63,395 bases of DNA, filler included, from Lenisia limosa (GCA_001655205.1; 10 parts of 10 records of this genome joined end to end with filler, not necessarily neighbours in it), one strand, 5' to 3'; positions 10,724 through 24,384 are shown, numbered from the whole stretch's first letter. The notes: generated from the sequence alone by a model not told the origin. Program-made: numbers and translations.

Positions 10724-10962
10724 TTTCTACTGTATACGGAGTTGTATGGTAATTTTTTTTTTGTCTGAGTGTAATCTGGGTCACCGATCGTAATCGAATA
10801 ATTAGGTTTTTTTATTTCTTCGCGAAAAATCTGGTATTTGGAATTTGGCACATAGATATTTTAAATCTTCTCTCAACGTAATGTGATCTTCACCTCAATT
10901 TTAATCATAATCTACAAATCTGCTGGTCTTACGCTCATGTTTTTTTTTAGATTTAAAAAGGG

Positions 10963-13900
10963 TGACTGACGGAACTGAAGCCACGTTAACCCTGGAGGTA
11001 AGGAAGGGATAATGAAAATAAAACAACATTAGAAATTTTAGGAAATAAATAAACATAGGGATACTATGAAACAAATTATCATACTCTCGCGCCAAATATC
11101 GATATATCGATATTTTTTCGGGTATTTTTCCGAGGAATTAATCTGGTTTTTGTACCGAAGTGAAGTGTACTGACACCACCAGGGTGACTGTCCGCTGGGC
11201 GAGTATCTCTCCTTCAACACAGCCGCTGCCACCTGCTCGTTTTCTTCGGGATGGAGTCATGTTCCCGTCTGTTTGACAAGTATGTTTTTCTTTTTCTTTT
11301 TCTTTTTCTTTCTTTTTCTTTCTTTATGTTTTCCCTTAATTTTATTATTTAGCTTCTTTGCTCCCTCTTTCTTTCCTCATTTTTTAAGCTCAGTGCCAGT
11401 TCACCTTCGAACCCGAATCATCAAACTGCACTCTTGATGGTAGGTCAACAACACCCTGTACCCTCTAGGGGGCCCACTCAAGGGGAGATGGTCAGCAGAG
11501 CTGAGAAATGAGAAGCAAATTTGAAGTGACGTTTTTGTAACGAGAACCCCATTTCAGACCGTTTAATTACACATGTTGCTTTGTAAGTATATCATATATC
11601 ATATACTAGCTATATAGTATACTATATCTTGGGCTACAGAAAATGACCGAATTGATAAATCATTGATATATTTGATAGTTTACCAATCTTTTTGTTACCT
11701 GTATATCAAACCAAAGCGCTTCTCATCACGGCCATCTCATGCATATGAAATTATTACTGTTTTGATCAATTCTTGAAAATCCTAAATTATTGATGAGGGA
11801 AAATCATGGGGATTTCACAACCAATTTAATATTGTACTATATATCGATATATATTAATCTAATACATTTTTTAAGCGTGGTGGGGAAGGCTTCGGCCAGA
11901 TACAACCTTGTTTTATTTCGCATATCGATTTATTAATCGGTTGTCTTTCTTCTTTCAATACATGCATCTGTGATACTTTCACGACCATCCTCCTTCAGAC
12001 ACCTAGGAGAGGTCTTTTGCTCTCAAAACATCACCATCTTCAGCTTTCTATGACTTCGGAACCGTTTGTGAACTGAACTGCCAAGGATTGGCGGAACCAA
12101 AATACTCGGTTTGTGTAGAAAATATGTATAACTATTGTGGAAGACACTGTATGGATTTGTGGCAAATGGATGAATTAGGTCAATGTCGTAAATTATCATA
12201 AACTTGATGTGTGGGCTGCTTCAGTGAGCTACTTCTTTTTCAATTGCTCTCTTATCTTTTTTTATTTGAAGTGTTTGCTGCTACATATCTGGGTTCACTT
12301 CAGTCCGAAAGAGAGGCCTTATTCTGTAGCCCCAACTTACATGATGTGTTTTCCCCCCAGTAGTTCTGCTGTGTTTACCCCCTCAAAACTATATCAACTC
12401 ATCTAATTAGATGTGTGATGAATTTGGAGTGTTCTTTGATGGATGCGGAGTCAAAGGTTGGCTGATTGTTATCTTTTTCTTATACTATGTGTAGTATAGT
12501 GACCGGGATAAGTCTTGACCTATTTTCCTTGGGAAATCAGAGAGCAAATCGGTCAAAACTTATCCCGGTCACTGTATATCATACCCTTCAAAATAATATT
12601 GTTTTATCCTCNNNNNNNNNNNNNNNNNNNNNNNNNNNNNNNNNNNNNNNCTAGAATACTTCTGAAATGCAGGTCGTTAGAGATGAGAAATAATAACAGG
12701 AATAACAGGCAGTAACTGAATATCCCTTAAGTTACTATTTCAGGAAGTCTGCATACATGCGGCCGCGCTCAGTACTACAACCTTGGAAACGTGGGGGGGA
12801 TTGGCATGAATTTTGGAAAATATATTGAAAAAAGAGAGAGTGAATTTGCTTTGTTTTTTTATTATTTGTGATTCTGAACGACTTTGTCCGCAGTATCTCA
12901 ACCTAGGCCATCAAATGATGAAATACTATAACACACTAATATGCATATCATTATGATAGTATACATGTATATATTATGATGTAGTAACTCTGTTGAGGCC
13001 GTCAATAGCAGTATGATGATACTACACACATCGATATGATATAATTACACTATAATATTTAGTGTATATACTATGCATATGATATACTATATGATATGAT
13101 ATAAGATGTATAAAAATAATATGTGTGGTGGGTGGGGGTTCAGTTCGAAAAAACACAATAAATTCAGTCTTTTTTCGAACCGTAGTGAAGCTCTAGTGGT
13201 GGGGTATCCTTCCGTTAACTCTATCAAGGCCGTCAATACGGACGTTTTCTACCCGTCCTTCACGAACCTGGGATCCGCCAATGGAAATCCTGATGAGGTC
13301 AAAATGGTGGCAGGAGCGAATATGAACTTCTGCTCAGTGGACATGAGTGGGCTGGGACATATGTGATCGTTTTTACAGGGTTGTGGGTTTTTAAAAATAA
13401 GCTTGAGATTTTGCTAGTAATATATTCCCCTTCTCCAGTCTTCCCTCCACCAAACATATTCCGCAACCTTCTAAAAATTTCATTTGTATAAAAATTATAT
13501 TACAACATGTTTGCTTTTTAAAGAACACATTTGCCAACATAGTTGATTTGGGGCTCTTTTTTTTTTGTTCCATAAATTTCCAACTGTACCCCCTTCCGAT
13601 GGGGATACTATTCTATGTCCTTTGTATTTGTTCACCAAACAGGTAATAAAGTTCGCTGCGTTGGGTACAATGAGAAGAAAATGGTATGTCGTCATTTGAT
13701 AAGGTAAATGATTTGCTATATTACTGTGGTACTATATTACTCTCCGATATCTCTGATCAGCTTTATCAATTAATTTCTTCAATATTAATTTACGAAGTAT
13801 TTTGTTTTATGGGCAACTCTGACATTAACTTATTTTATATTTCTCATATCACTTTTTGGATCATTTTCACAACATTTAATGTCCATGTGATATGATACCA

Positions 13901-16900
13901 CACATTTCCACTCGTGTAATAATTGACCAATGATACTCAGATACTCTCGTGATAACCTGTCGTGGTCATTTCGACTCTTAAGTCGATCATAATACTTGTG
14001 AATGGTGGTCTCTATAGTATATGATATAGTATAGCTATATTGTACATACATATCATATAGTAGCTATAATATAATCTCATTCTGCACCTCATTCATTACG
14101 TACTTCTCCCCCAGGTTGCTGAAACTGGAGAGTACGTATCAGTACCGCGTCTTATGATTGATCTTGGCGCGCTCGGGGAGACAATTGTCAGCTTCAAGTC
14201 TGGAATTTATTTCTACTCTTTCATGACTGGTGGGAATAACGAATTTGTTTCTATTACTATGAGTTTCTATATATTACATGATGGTAGAGGAGGGATTTAC
14301 GCCTACTCTTTCAGAAATGCTGGTATTTGTTTCGATTTCACGAACACGTTTCCTCCTCTTTCTTCATGACCCTTTTTAGACAATAGAAATATCTCCACAT
14401 GAACTTTTCCACTGCTTTCTTCTTGACCTTTTTTAGACAACAAAAAGGTCTACACATGGGGCCAGAACACCTATTGCCAACTTATGAGAAATGGCAAGAT
14501 AGACAGCTCTGTCCCTACCCCGGTTTGAGGGGTGATAGAAAACTGGGAGAGGGGTGAGTCAGATTTATCCCTTTTTTTCTCAAATAGGAAGTGATCGCTC
14601 TTTTGATGGCGTCAAATCACATATCGATATATGGAGGAGTGGTAATAGAATACAGTATATTTTCCTCGTTTGAACAAGGGCTTCACTTGAGTTACAAAAA
14701 AAAGACTGAATTCTCGATAAATTCTCGAGAGCTGTCGATATTTTACCAGAGTCTTTTTGTTGACGTGGTGTATGGTGCTTCATTACTTTGGTTTCCTCAT
14801 TTTCATCGTTCTAACGGACCAGATTGCAGTTCCCGCGGGACGGACGATCGTTGATCACTACAGCGGATACGTGTCGGAGATGGTCAAATTGGGTATGCTC
14901 GGTCAGATGCCACCTTGTTACATCCCTCTCTCCCCTAACCTATCATATATATAAGCGTGATGGTTTTTATTGCTCATCTCTACTTACGCTCATTTTGTCG
15001 TGCAGTAAATATGGCTGGCTCCCCTATTTCCAACATAAATCACGATTTTAGATTATTTTCAACACAAATCACGATTTTTAAATATTATTAACAATATTTC
15101 CAACACTAATCACGATTTAGATAACGGGGAGTTCCATGGTGCAGGATACAACGTCTATGAATCCCTGACCCCGGGACCTACTGAGTTTCTGTCGTCACAG
15201 CTCGTCAATATGGACCTGCCTGCTGGAGAGGTATGCGATGTTTGTTAATTTATTATTTTCTTTTTTAGTTTAGTTTTGTTTTGTTTTTTATTCTTGCGGA
15301 GCAACAGCAGTTTTTTGGACCTGCCGGGGAGGTATACATGTATGCGGTGTCATTGAGTAATAGATTGCTTTTTTTTTTTTTGTTTGTTTGTTTGTTTGTT
15401 CGAAAAACACTTCTGACTAATCCTGTATGATAAATAATTATCATCAGTTTGGGACCTCCTGCCTGAATTTATATAATCCATTTTCTCACGTTTGTCATCC
15501 GCTTTAGGAAATTAAAGAAGTACAAATGTCGACTTTCTTCACTGCCGTATTGACTGGTGGGTTCAGTGGTATTGTATGAAATAATAGGTTATTTAAACAT
15601 TTGTTTTTCAAGATTTTTAATGTGAGATATTATTATATATGTTTAACAAAAAGCTCATCCCCTTTAGCATCAAAGAAAATCTTTGCAAAGGGGAAGCACG
15701 CCAACTTACAGGCCACTTGCTTGTCCACCAATTCAAACGTCTTACTTGAGGTAGGATTGGGGCTTTCCGCCTTCCCTCATCCCCCCCCCCCCCNNNNNNN
15801 NNNNNNNNNNNNNNNNNNNNNNNNNNNNNNNNNNNNNNNNNNNNNNNNNNNNNNNNNNNNNNNNNNNNNNNNNNNNNNNNNNNNNNNNNNNNNNNNNNNN
15901 NNNNNNNNNNNNNNNNNNNNNNNNNNNNNNNNNNNNNNNNNNNNNNNNNNNTTTTGTTTTAAGCTTTTTTATGAGAAATATCCTTTTTTTTAAGCACCTC
16001 CAGTCATAGTACGATCTTATATTTGCCACTACTCCTTGTCACCTACTAATATCGTTCGTCCTGACAATAAAGGACATATGATGTAATTTCTCGAAATTGA
16101 AGAGGCTCAATATAGTAGCTGAATGCATAACGCAAGAAGACGGGTTGAGTCCCCATAGAGAAAACAGTTAAAAGATGAAAATTTTGACTTGTTTTTGAGT
16201 TTTCCCTAAACAGTATCATTTTGAGAGTATTAAAATATATGAAGTAAAAATACAATCCAAGTTCATCATACTCATATCACATTACTGATATATACAATCG
16301 GCTTCTCTAATCTCATTATAACAGGCTCACTCGTCACTTCAAGGTAACGTTGAGCAGTTTTCCTGTAGTTACCTCTCTTGTGGCTTCATCTTGAGTGAGG
16401 GGGCAATTCTCTGAAGTCAAAAAAAGCCCATTATTGGACCTTGGGGGGGGGGGGGGCNNNNNNNNNNNNNNNNNNNNNNNNNNNNNNNNNNNNNNNNNNN
16501 NNNNNNNNNNNNNNNNNNNNNNNNNNNNNNNNNNNNNNNNNACAGAGTACTATCACACTATGAAAGAGCACCACACTGTGAAAAAAAAACTGAATGAACT
16601 CTCTCTCATTCCTTAGCAACCGGGGAGGTCATGATCTGCAGTGCAAAAGCTGCACAACCCGGCGGCCTCAGTTCAGCCGTACCTGTGGGGGGGGGGGGNN
16701 NNNNNNNNNNNNNNNNNNNNNNNNNNNNNNNNNNNNNNNNNNNNNNNNNNNNNNNNNNNNNNNNNNNNNNNNNNNNNNNNAGTATATGATTTTCCAATGA
16801 AAATCAGCCAAAACTGATCCCGGTCACTGTATGTAGTATGTTAGATTGGGGGTCCAGTTGTAATGTACACTAAATAGATAGGGGAAAGTCCAGTCTGTGA

Positions 16901-17930
16901 TCTGAAACGTCTACAGAATCAACAAAAAAAAAGTACCTTTTTGTTTTGCAAGAGAAATACTTTACATTGTCTACCTGTATCTAAGAGGTTTTATACTGTG
17001 TGTGGGGATCTGCTAGTTTGGAAGATCGTGTTGTACCTGTGTTCTTAAAACGATAAAGGTGTCCTTTACCTATTTCTAATTAGCTCATTGCGGCGTAGGT
17101 GGACATTTCGAGTTATTTCCCTTGCTTGGACGGCGAGAAAATCGACACTGTTTCCGGGTTTTCCCACGAGGCTCTCTACTTCACTGGACGTGAGAAGACT
17201 TTTTTTTTTGACGTTTTTTTTCTTCTTCCAATTTTCTTTTTTCCTTTTTCCTTTTTCCTTTTTTGTTCTTCAACCCCCCTCCCCTTTTATGTTTTTCTTT
17301 GGGATGCGATGCTGTAGAAGCAGCTGGCCTGGGCTTTGTTNNNNNNNNNNNNNNNNNNNNNNNNNNNNNNNNNNNNNNNNNNNNNNNNNNNNNNNNNNNN
17401 NNNNNNNNNNNNNNNNNNNNNNNNNNNNNNNNNNNNNNNNNNNNNNNNNNNNNNNNNNNNNNNNNNNNNNNNNNNNNNNNNNNNNNNNNNNNNNNNNNNN
17501 NNNNNNNNNNNNNNNNNNNNNNNNNNNNNNNNNNNNNNNNNNNNNNNNNNNNNNNNNNNNNNNNNNNNNNNNNNNNNNNNNNNNNNNNNNNNTAACACTT
17601 CTGTGCACACAGCTCTGCGTGCCTTCCCACATCGGGTATAGATATCGGTTTCCTTATCATCATTATTTGAGATTCACTATTGGGGATCTTTTTAAACCCC
17701 AAGTCCATGCGCTGTTGGATCAGACAGTTGAGAATTAATTTCCTCGCAGGTTGAAACTGTTGTCGACAGCCCCACCCGCATCAAGGCCTTTGTGGGAGGA
17801 AACCCTGTCGTAGCCATTTTGTAATTTGAGTTTCAACGCTTCGATATTGTAATATTAATAATGCTACTATTCACACTTATTGACAGATGGAGGATGTATC
17901 GAGTATTTCAGATAAGAACGGACGTGGTAT
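10963..17930 (+). CDS. RCC1/BLIP-II-like repeat protein with a Cys-rich N-terminal region (ends uncertain; crosses several N gaps)
   Basis: GT-AG exons encode NKKVYTWGQNTYCQLMRNGKIDSSVPTP (14437-14522), VKL/DNGEFHGAGYNVYESLTPG (14823-15230), FTAVLT/ASKKIFAKGKHANLQ (15520-15750), TGEVMIC (16615) and EVKMVAGANMNFCSVD (13229-13362), all RCC1-like blades. Cys-rich exons at 11180-12190. Confidence 0.55.
12497..12574. mobile_element. MITE family C (78 bp, Tc1/mariner-type ends)
   Basis: TA|TAGTGACCGGGATAAGTCTTGACC...GGTCAAAACTTATCCCGGTCACTG|TA. Confidence 0.8.
13840..13990 (+). repeat. Dispersed repeat family G copy
   Basis: Matches the reverse complement of 56560-56740 (cactttttggatcattttcac...gtgatatgatacc...ataattgacc...tcatttcgact). 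Confidence 0.6.
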
Positions 17931-18883
17931 GTCTTACCGTGCTCCTTCCAATAATAGTGTCTACTCTGAGAGTATTGATTAATAATTAATCTATACTAGA
18001 CCCCAAAGGGCTACAGATCCAGGTAAAAGGTTCATCTGGAATATCTTGAGGTCAACTTATCCCCCAGATCTGCAGCCCTCTGCTAGACCCTCTATATCTT
18101 ATATTATAGGGTCCCACGAAGATGGATATAAAATTGATTAAGACAGAGAGTCGCCAACCTTATCGAATCGGATCAAGACTTATCCCACTGTATACATCCC
18201 CAAAAACTAAAGCACAAATGCATCATCCATCATACCTAACTTCCTGTTTTATAAATATTAAAATACTAACATAAAGACTTCCAGCCGTTACAAGAAAGAC
18301 AAGGCGTAACACCGCTAATTGAGTGAGTAAACGTTGAGGGTGGGCTCGACGAGGAGATTGATGCTGAGCAAGTAGACCCTTTAGATGGATGATACATCTC
18401 TTTTCTCTTATTATAATTTGACGACTGAACCGCAACGTTCATCATATTAAAAGACCAGAACCCAAGCTAAAGAACTGTAATCTGTGGCAACTCAATTAAT
18501 AATTTGCCTACGGTGCTAATATCCCATAAGGTCACACAATTATTACTTTTAAGCCAATATTCTTCATCGAAATTTACTTCGTTTTACNNNNNNNNNNNNN
18601 NNNNNNNNNNNNNNNNNNNNNNNNNNNNNNNNNNNNNNNNNNNNNNNNNNNNNNNNNNNNNNNNNNNNNNNNNNNNNNNNNNNNNNNNNNNNNNNNNNNN
18701 GGAGTGATGGAGGCATGCACAGACCACACCTCCGGTGGCGGTGGTAGCGCTGAAATGGTCAAGGGTCTTATTGCAATTTTTTTTTTTGATTATTGTTAAC
18801 TGTGTTCACAAAAAAATACCTTTTAAAAACTACAGACACTAAAAAACAAAGGGAAAAAACCAATACCCTCCCCATTTAGATCA

Positions 18884-18983
18884 NNNNNNNNNNNNNNNNN
18901 NNNNNNNNNNNNNNNNNNNNNNNNNNNTTAATTAATTAANNNNNNNNNNNNNNNNNNNNNNNNNNNNNNNNNNNNNNNNNNNN
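18884..18983. other. Artificial scaffold linker N44-TTAATTAATTAA-N44 (12-mer also at 20665, 24846, 50628, 52228, 54120, 55663, 60278, 62142)
   Basis: Identical 12-mer with stops in all six frames, centred in 100-bp N spacers, nine times. Confidence 0.97.
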
Positions 18984-19007
18984 CCCAAAACACGGTATGT
19001 GTATGTA

Positions 19008-19085
19008 CAGTGAGCGGGATAAGTCTTGACCAATTTACTTTATGATTCCCCAAGGAAAATAGGTCAAGACTTATCCCGGTCACTG
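19008..19085. mobile_element. MITE family C (78 bp), opposite orientation to 12497-12574
   Basis: TA|CAGTGAGCGGGATAAGTCTTGACC...GGTCAAGACTTATCCCGGTCACTG|TA. Partial copies near 16812-16830 and 18165-18192. Confidence 0.85.
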
Positions 19086-19134
19086 TACGTATTATAAACA
19101 TACGGTGTACATTTGACAAATATTATTGAAAATA

Positions 19135-20330
19135 CCTGGAGGGCCACACGACCTTCCTTGGCCGGATCAGTAAACACGTGCTTCTGCTGAAATGAGCGGT
19201 ATAATGAAATGTAACAAGTATAGCCTATGTACTTCATGGGTTATCGCACCTTGCATACTAAAATAAAAACCTGTATTGGTTGGGAAAGAGCACGACTCAC
19301 CTTATATAGGGTTGTTTAATATAATGACATGTCCCCCCCCCCCTCCACCTGTAATTGAGGCCGCATGACGGAGTTAGGACGGAATACTGGGCTATGCACA
19401 CGACATGGGGCTAATGGATGCGACGGCTGAGGGGGGGGGGGTAAAATGGGCGATACCCTTGGGNNNNNNNNNNNNNNNNNNNNNNNNNNNNNNNNNNNNN
19501 NNNNNNNNNNNNNNNNNNNNNNNNNNNNNNNNNNNNNNNNNNNNNNNNNNNNNNNNNNNNNNNNNNNNNNNNNNNNNNNNNNNNNNNNNNNNNNNNNNNN
19601 NNNNNNNNNNNNGAGAAGGCACCAACCTGCAGCGCTGGGCCTATGGAGGCGCTTCCGTGAAGAACAGGGGGTCTAGTGCTGGGTTCCCGGGTACTGTATT
19701 GTAAGTTGCCTCATTTTTGCACGGAAGCTCAGAGTATATGAAATGATTTATTTGAACTTGTCCTATCAAACATTCATTGAATATTATAATATGATATACA
19801 CATAGGCATCATCAAAATCCAAAATAAGTTTACTCTGGTTAACATCCATAATAAGTATTATCATTAGGAAGAAGTCACAATGAAAGAGTAAAAGGGTAAA
19901 AGGATAGTATCCATCATCAAGCGAAAGCCGTCATCACCCTTGTGATTACAAAGCATATTATGTGATTTCGTACTTGGTCAATTGATTTGCTTGCCTTCTC
20001 ATGCACACAACTTTCTGAGATAGGTTGCGGCAAGAAGGAAACACACAACCCTTATTTTTACCTTATCCAACCATTCTTTCAATCCCCACTATACCTTTCG
20101 AAGGATGAGGGCTGGGCTGAGGCTCGGATGAAGGGCCTGGGAGGTGCAGAAGGAGTCTGCTCCAAATAATAAAACGCAATGTCAACTCACCTTGATAACA
20201 CCCTCGAAAAATATTGCACCTTGATAACATCTTCCTCACCTGCATTGTCGAAACATGCATTGATGACGGTTCAGGCACAGCCGCTTCAAACTGCCTTGAA
20301 AAGGACCTGTAACGCATCAAACACTTCGTA
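19135..20330 (-). CDS. Unidentified exons on a short scaffold (e.g. QKHVFTDPAKEGRVALQ at 19136-19186)
   Basis: GT-AG-bounded open segments; no recognisable domain; a plus-strand exon-like segment at 19613-19700 conflicts. Confidence 0.25.
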
Positions 20331-21434
20331 TTTAGACCAACGCTCTTTTTTTGAAAGATGTGGAATTTGAGATTGTGTTTCAAATGTTCATCAAAATTTC
20401 CAAATTTGCTTCTTAATTATATACTTTTCTCATTAAAATAGTATTGTTTTCCCCCATACTGGTGTCGCTTTTCTGATACCACCGTGCGTGCGAGGGAATT
20501 TTCCGCGTTTTCAGCGGAGAACGGGGGCTGAGTAGCAGAAACTAAAACGTTACACTCTTCTCAATCATCTTCGGCGTACAATTTGAGGATAATAATATTG
20601 TGCAACATCTTCATTTAGTANNNNNNNNNNNNNNNNNNNNNNNNNNNNNNNNNNNNNNNNNNNNTTAATTAATTAANNNNNNNNNNNNNNNNNNNNNNNN
20701 NNNNNNNNNNNNNNNNNNNNGATACGCCGAGAGCGGATATCTTGAAACAGGTTCCCCTACATTGTCACTGATAATAAAAAAAGCTAATTATAGGTTTTAT
20801 TTACCTTTGAATGTGAAAGAGGGCTATTTTTCATTACAGTAGCAAAATGTACATATCGATATTTTTGCGGTCTTTTTCGGACCGTAGGGAAGCCCTAGTA
20901 GTATCAAGTCCTATCCAGTCACTGTTGGGATAATATGATATAGCAGCAAAATGACCTAGAATATCATCCCTCGTATCTATTACCTCCTCCCTATCCCTGA
21001 ACCCCCCTCCCGTAGCTACAACCGAAGCCGTCCACACCATCACATTTTGAAGGGGTATTATTATATCGGAATTTTTGATGAGAGAAAACAATCATATGTC
21101 GCAGTCTTGACCGATTGAATTAATATGTCTAATAATATACATCTTTATACAATTATCCTGACGGCTGTGGTTTCGATGGCTATTTTCTCTTATCAAAATT
21201 CTTTATCAACATGATGATGTGGATGGCTTATATTATTAATCAAAATTCCTTCATGCGACAAACAGTACATGTATATAATATACATAACAATTCAATAAAT
21301 CAATACTTTACAGACTCGGATAGAGACATACACCCATTAATCAAGAACGCGGATAGAGACAAACATATATTATCAAATAAACATTAATCAAGAATGACTA
21401 AGAGACATCTAGATCCCTTCCAGAGTTGATTTCT

Positions 21435-24362
21435 TGATTTTTTTTTCCCTCACCCACAAGTGAAACAGCGGGGAGGCAAGCGCAAAAAGAAGAACGAGAA
21501 GACTGCTCATCATCCCTTGTCAAGTTCCTAACTATTTTCTTTCTGATTTCTTTCGTATTATTATTATATTTATTGTTTATTTTAATTGTATTGACCTGGT
21601 ATTTGGTATTTGATTTGACTGAGAACACTGAGAAGAGTATGAAATAAACAAATGCTGATCTCCACGATCAGCATCCAAGTTTTCTTTAACTTACACTTGC
21701 ATTTTTTTTTTTTTGGATTTTGAAACCTTGATAATAGAGAACATGCCAACTGGAGAGGATATAGACCCGGCAAATCCATTTGCCGATGAAAGTGTCCCCG
21801 AGATCACCAAGGAAACCACGCTTGAGGTAGGATCCGAGTCTCTTCTGGCCTGTTTATAGGATTAGACAAGGTTTTATTGACCTAATAGCATAGGATTGTT
21901 TCATTACCATCTTCCCCTATTTGTCCTTTCTCAACCTTCTTATGTGGAAATAACAAAATTAGGGTTTATCACAATCATAATCTCACCACCATCACCAACA
22001 TCACCATAATCATCATGATTATCATTATCCTTACCACCAATATCTCCAACGTTACCTCCAAGGATGTCCTGATACGAATGGAGAATGAAGAGAAGGCGGC
22101 TGAAAACCTCGCGAAGGAGCCCATTGTCGAACAAGCCCCTGAAACACCCCTTGAATTCCAAGGCAAGCGGCGTGAAATACGTGAAACTTCAGTAATTTCT
22201 TAAATCATAAAGAAGCCTCTCCCAGCCTCGTGGCTTTTACATGTTTTATTACTGCGTCATATGGCAGAGCTCCCTAAAGTGACACAATATGCATGTATTA
22301 TTAAGTCACGGCACCGTACTACTTTTTAACCAAACTCAGAATTTGAAGAAACAAGTTCGTTCAATGACCCTCTTTCGCATCCTTCACCAACATCCCATGG
22401 TCAGCAAGGGTCGTCATTATGCATTTAATTTGGGCGTCCCTACGGTCCTAAAATAAGACCGTTAAAATAGCGATATCCTTGCATATTAGTAAAATAATTA
22501 AAACTGATAATGCCAATTCCACGCAATGTACTTAGCACTGACTTGCGATATTTCGATGAGGTCCCAAAATAGACTGAATATCGTATGGAATCCTTGCATA
22601 TAATTATGATGTATACTACACCTTCATATGATTTACCCACGGATATTGAGCTTTAGCTTTTGTCAATCGTGTCAGGACTTATTGCGGCTAGTGTACTCGT
22701 GATCATAAAACCGGCTTTGGATTCGGTAAAATGAACGAAGATAACACGGGTATTTATTCCGAGTGTTTCATCATATTATTATTGAGAGATCGGTGAATTG
22801 TGAACATGTAGCATCTTGGAATTCAATAAATTTCGTCAGATTTCAACATAGTTACATGGGATTCCCATATAAATAATAGGAATTCCAACCTTTTCATCAG
22901 AATCGCAAGTCAGTGCTAAGTACATTGCGTGGAATTGGCATTATCAGTTTTAATTATTTTANNNNNNNNNNAAATAGCTACATGTTTTTTTTTAAATTAA
23001 GCTGGGTTGATGAATGATTTAAGTGAAACTACACTTTATATATGCTATTTCGATATATTTTATTATTAAAATTTATATTTAAGGTGGGGATACGGACAAG
23101 CAGTCACTGCTCCCCCCTCCCGCCTCCGCATCTCCAGACCAAGTAAGGCGGCGTTGTTCCAAATATGGTATCTGTGATGTTTTATACAAGTGGGGTGCTT
23201 TCTAGCTCTTTATCCCAAACAATGGGGTCACAAATACTTAAAATTCACATTTCACCGCGCTTGGTTTGTGATCGTTACCTTTACCTTTACCTTTTCTTCA
23301 TCGCTTTGCTTCATTTCCCGACCCCCACCCCGCGCGCAAACTCACATTCTAGCCATCATACCACAAGCTCCAAGTCCAATACTACTCAAAATACTTCAAT
23401 GTTTGGGGTTAAGGAGTTGTTTGTAATTGTATGTTGGCATTGAATCAAATTATTGAGTGAGAGAGAGAGGCTGCTATCTTGTTTGTGAAAACGGTGTCAG
23501 TGCATGGCGACGTCTTTACAACAGTTTATCACATAGTGCCTGCTTTTAGGTCTTGCTCTTATCTCAGGGTTTTGTTTCTCTTTTTTGTCTATTGATTCAA
23601 ATAACAGTTTTAACTTCCACACTCATATTTAAACAAAAGTCTCCCCCCCAGGATTAGTGTTACCCATGCTCCAATATTCTTCATCGAAATTTCCATATTT
23701 ATTTTCAGATTGAAACGAAAGACTTCTTTACCCGGCTCGGGATGGCGGTGTATCCACGGAAGTCATTTTTTGAGGAAACAGCTTCGTCGCCGGACCTGTC
23801 TGGGGGGGAGGTTATTGATATAGTATTATTGTGTATAAATACGAGGGGTGCGTATACCTAGTGCTATTATTGATATAGTATTATTGTGTATAAATACGAG
23901 GGGTGCATATACCTAGTGCTATTATTGATATAAAATATGTTGGGAGGGGGTATATAGATATGGACCAGACAATGGTAGTGGGTGTTATTATTCTACGGGG
24001 TTATAATTATTATTGATTATAATATATTATGATATGTATGATGATATTTACTACTGTGTCTACTATTTTTATACATACTAATTCCTGTATTTTATATCTT
24101 AGACATATGATAAATGTTGTTTACTGTAGACCATATAAATCTATCGCAATTTCCTTTGTTACCCCACAGCTACGGGTTGATTTGGGTTTTTTTTTGTTAC
24201 AGAGTTGATTTGGCTAGTTTAATTTCGTGAAATCAATTTGTTTCATATTTTCCAATTTTACTCCCCAGCTACGGGCCATTTTGGGTCAGTGCCACGTTTG
24301 TGATCCTCTTTGCAATCTTCTCCAACCTTGCGTCCTACCTCTCTCACAGCGACTCCGAGTGG
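21435..24362 (+). CDS. Yip1-domain protein, YIPF1/YIPF2-like (core 23353-24362 confident; acidic upstream exons tentative; 3' end missing)
   Basis: Exons 23353-23400, 23709-23797 and 24269-24362 splice to YYSKYFNIETKDFFTRLGMAVYPRKSFFEETASSPDLYGPFWVSATFVILFAIFSNLASYL, containing the PDLYGPFW Yip1 signature. Confidence 0.8.
22490..22961. mobile_element. Foldback/MITE-like element with 60-bp perfect inverted repeats
   Basis: 22490-22549 is the exact reverse complement of 22902-22961; the right arm runs into an N gap. Confidence 0.7.
23812..23932. repeat. Tandem repeat, 55-bp unit x2.2, in a YIPF intron
   Basis: ttattgatatagtattattgtgtataaatacgaggggtgc(g/a)tatacctagtgcta. Confidence 0.9.
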
Positions 24363-24384
24363 GTATGTGATATTTTATTTGTTG

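Noticed and set aside
13204-13228. U12-type introns (GTATCCTT here; ATATCCTT near 10272, 15978 and 22473)
   Set aside because: None follows a credible exon end or pairs with a TCCTTAAC branch point; they lie in intron tails or repeats.
18928-18939. Conserved TTAATTAATTAA motif, nine copies
   Set aside because: Assembly linker between scaffolds; not biological.
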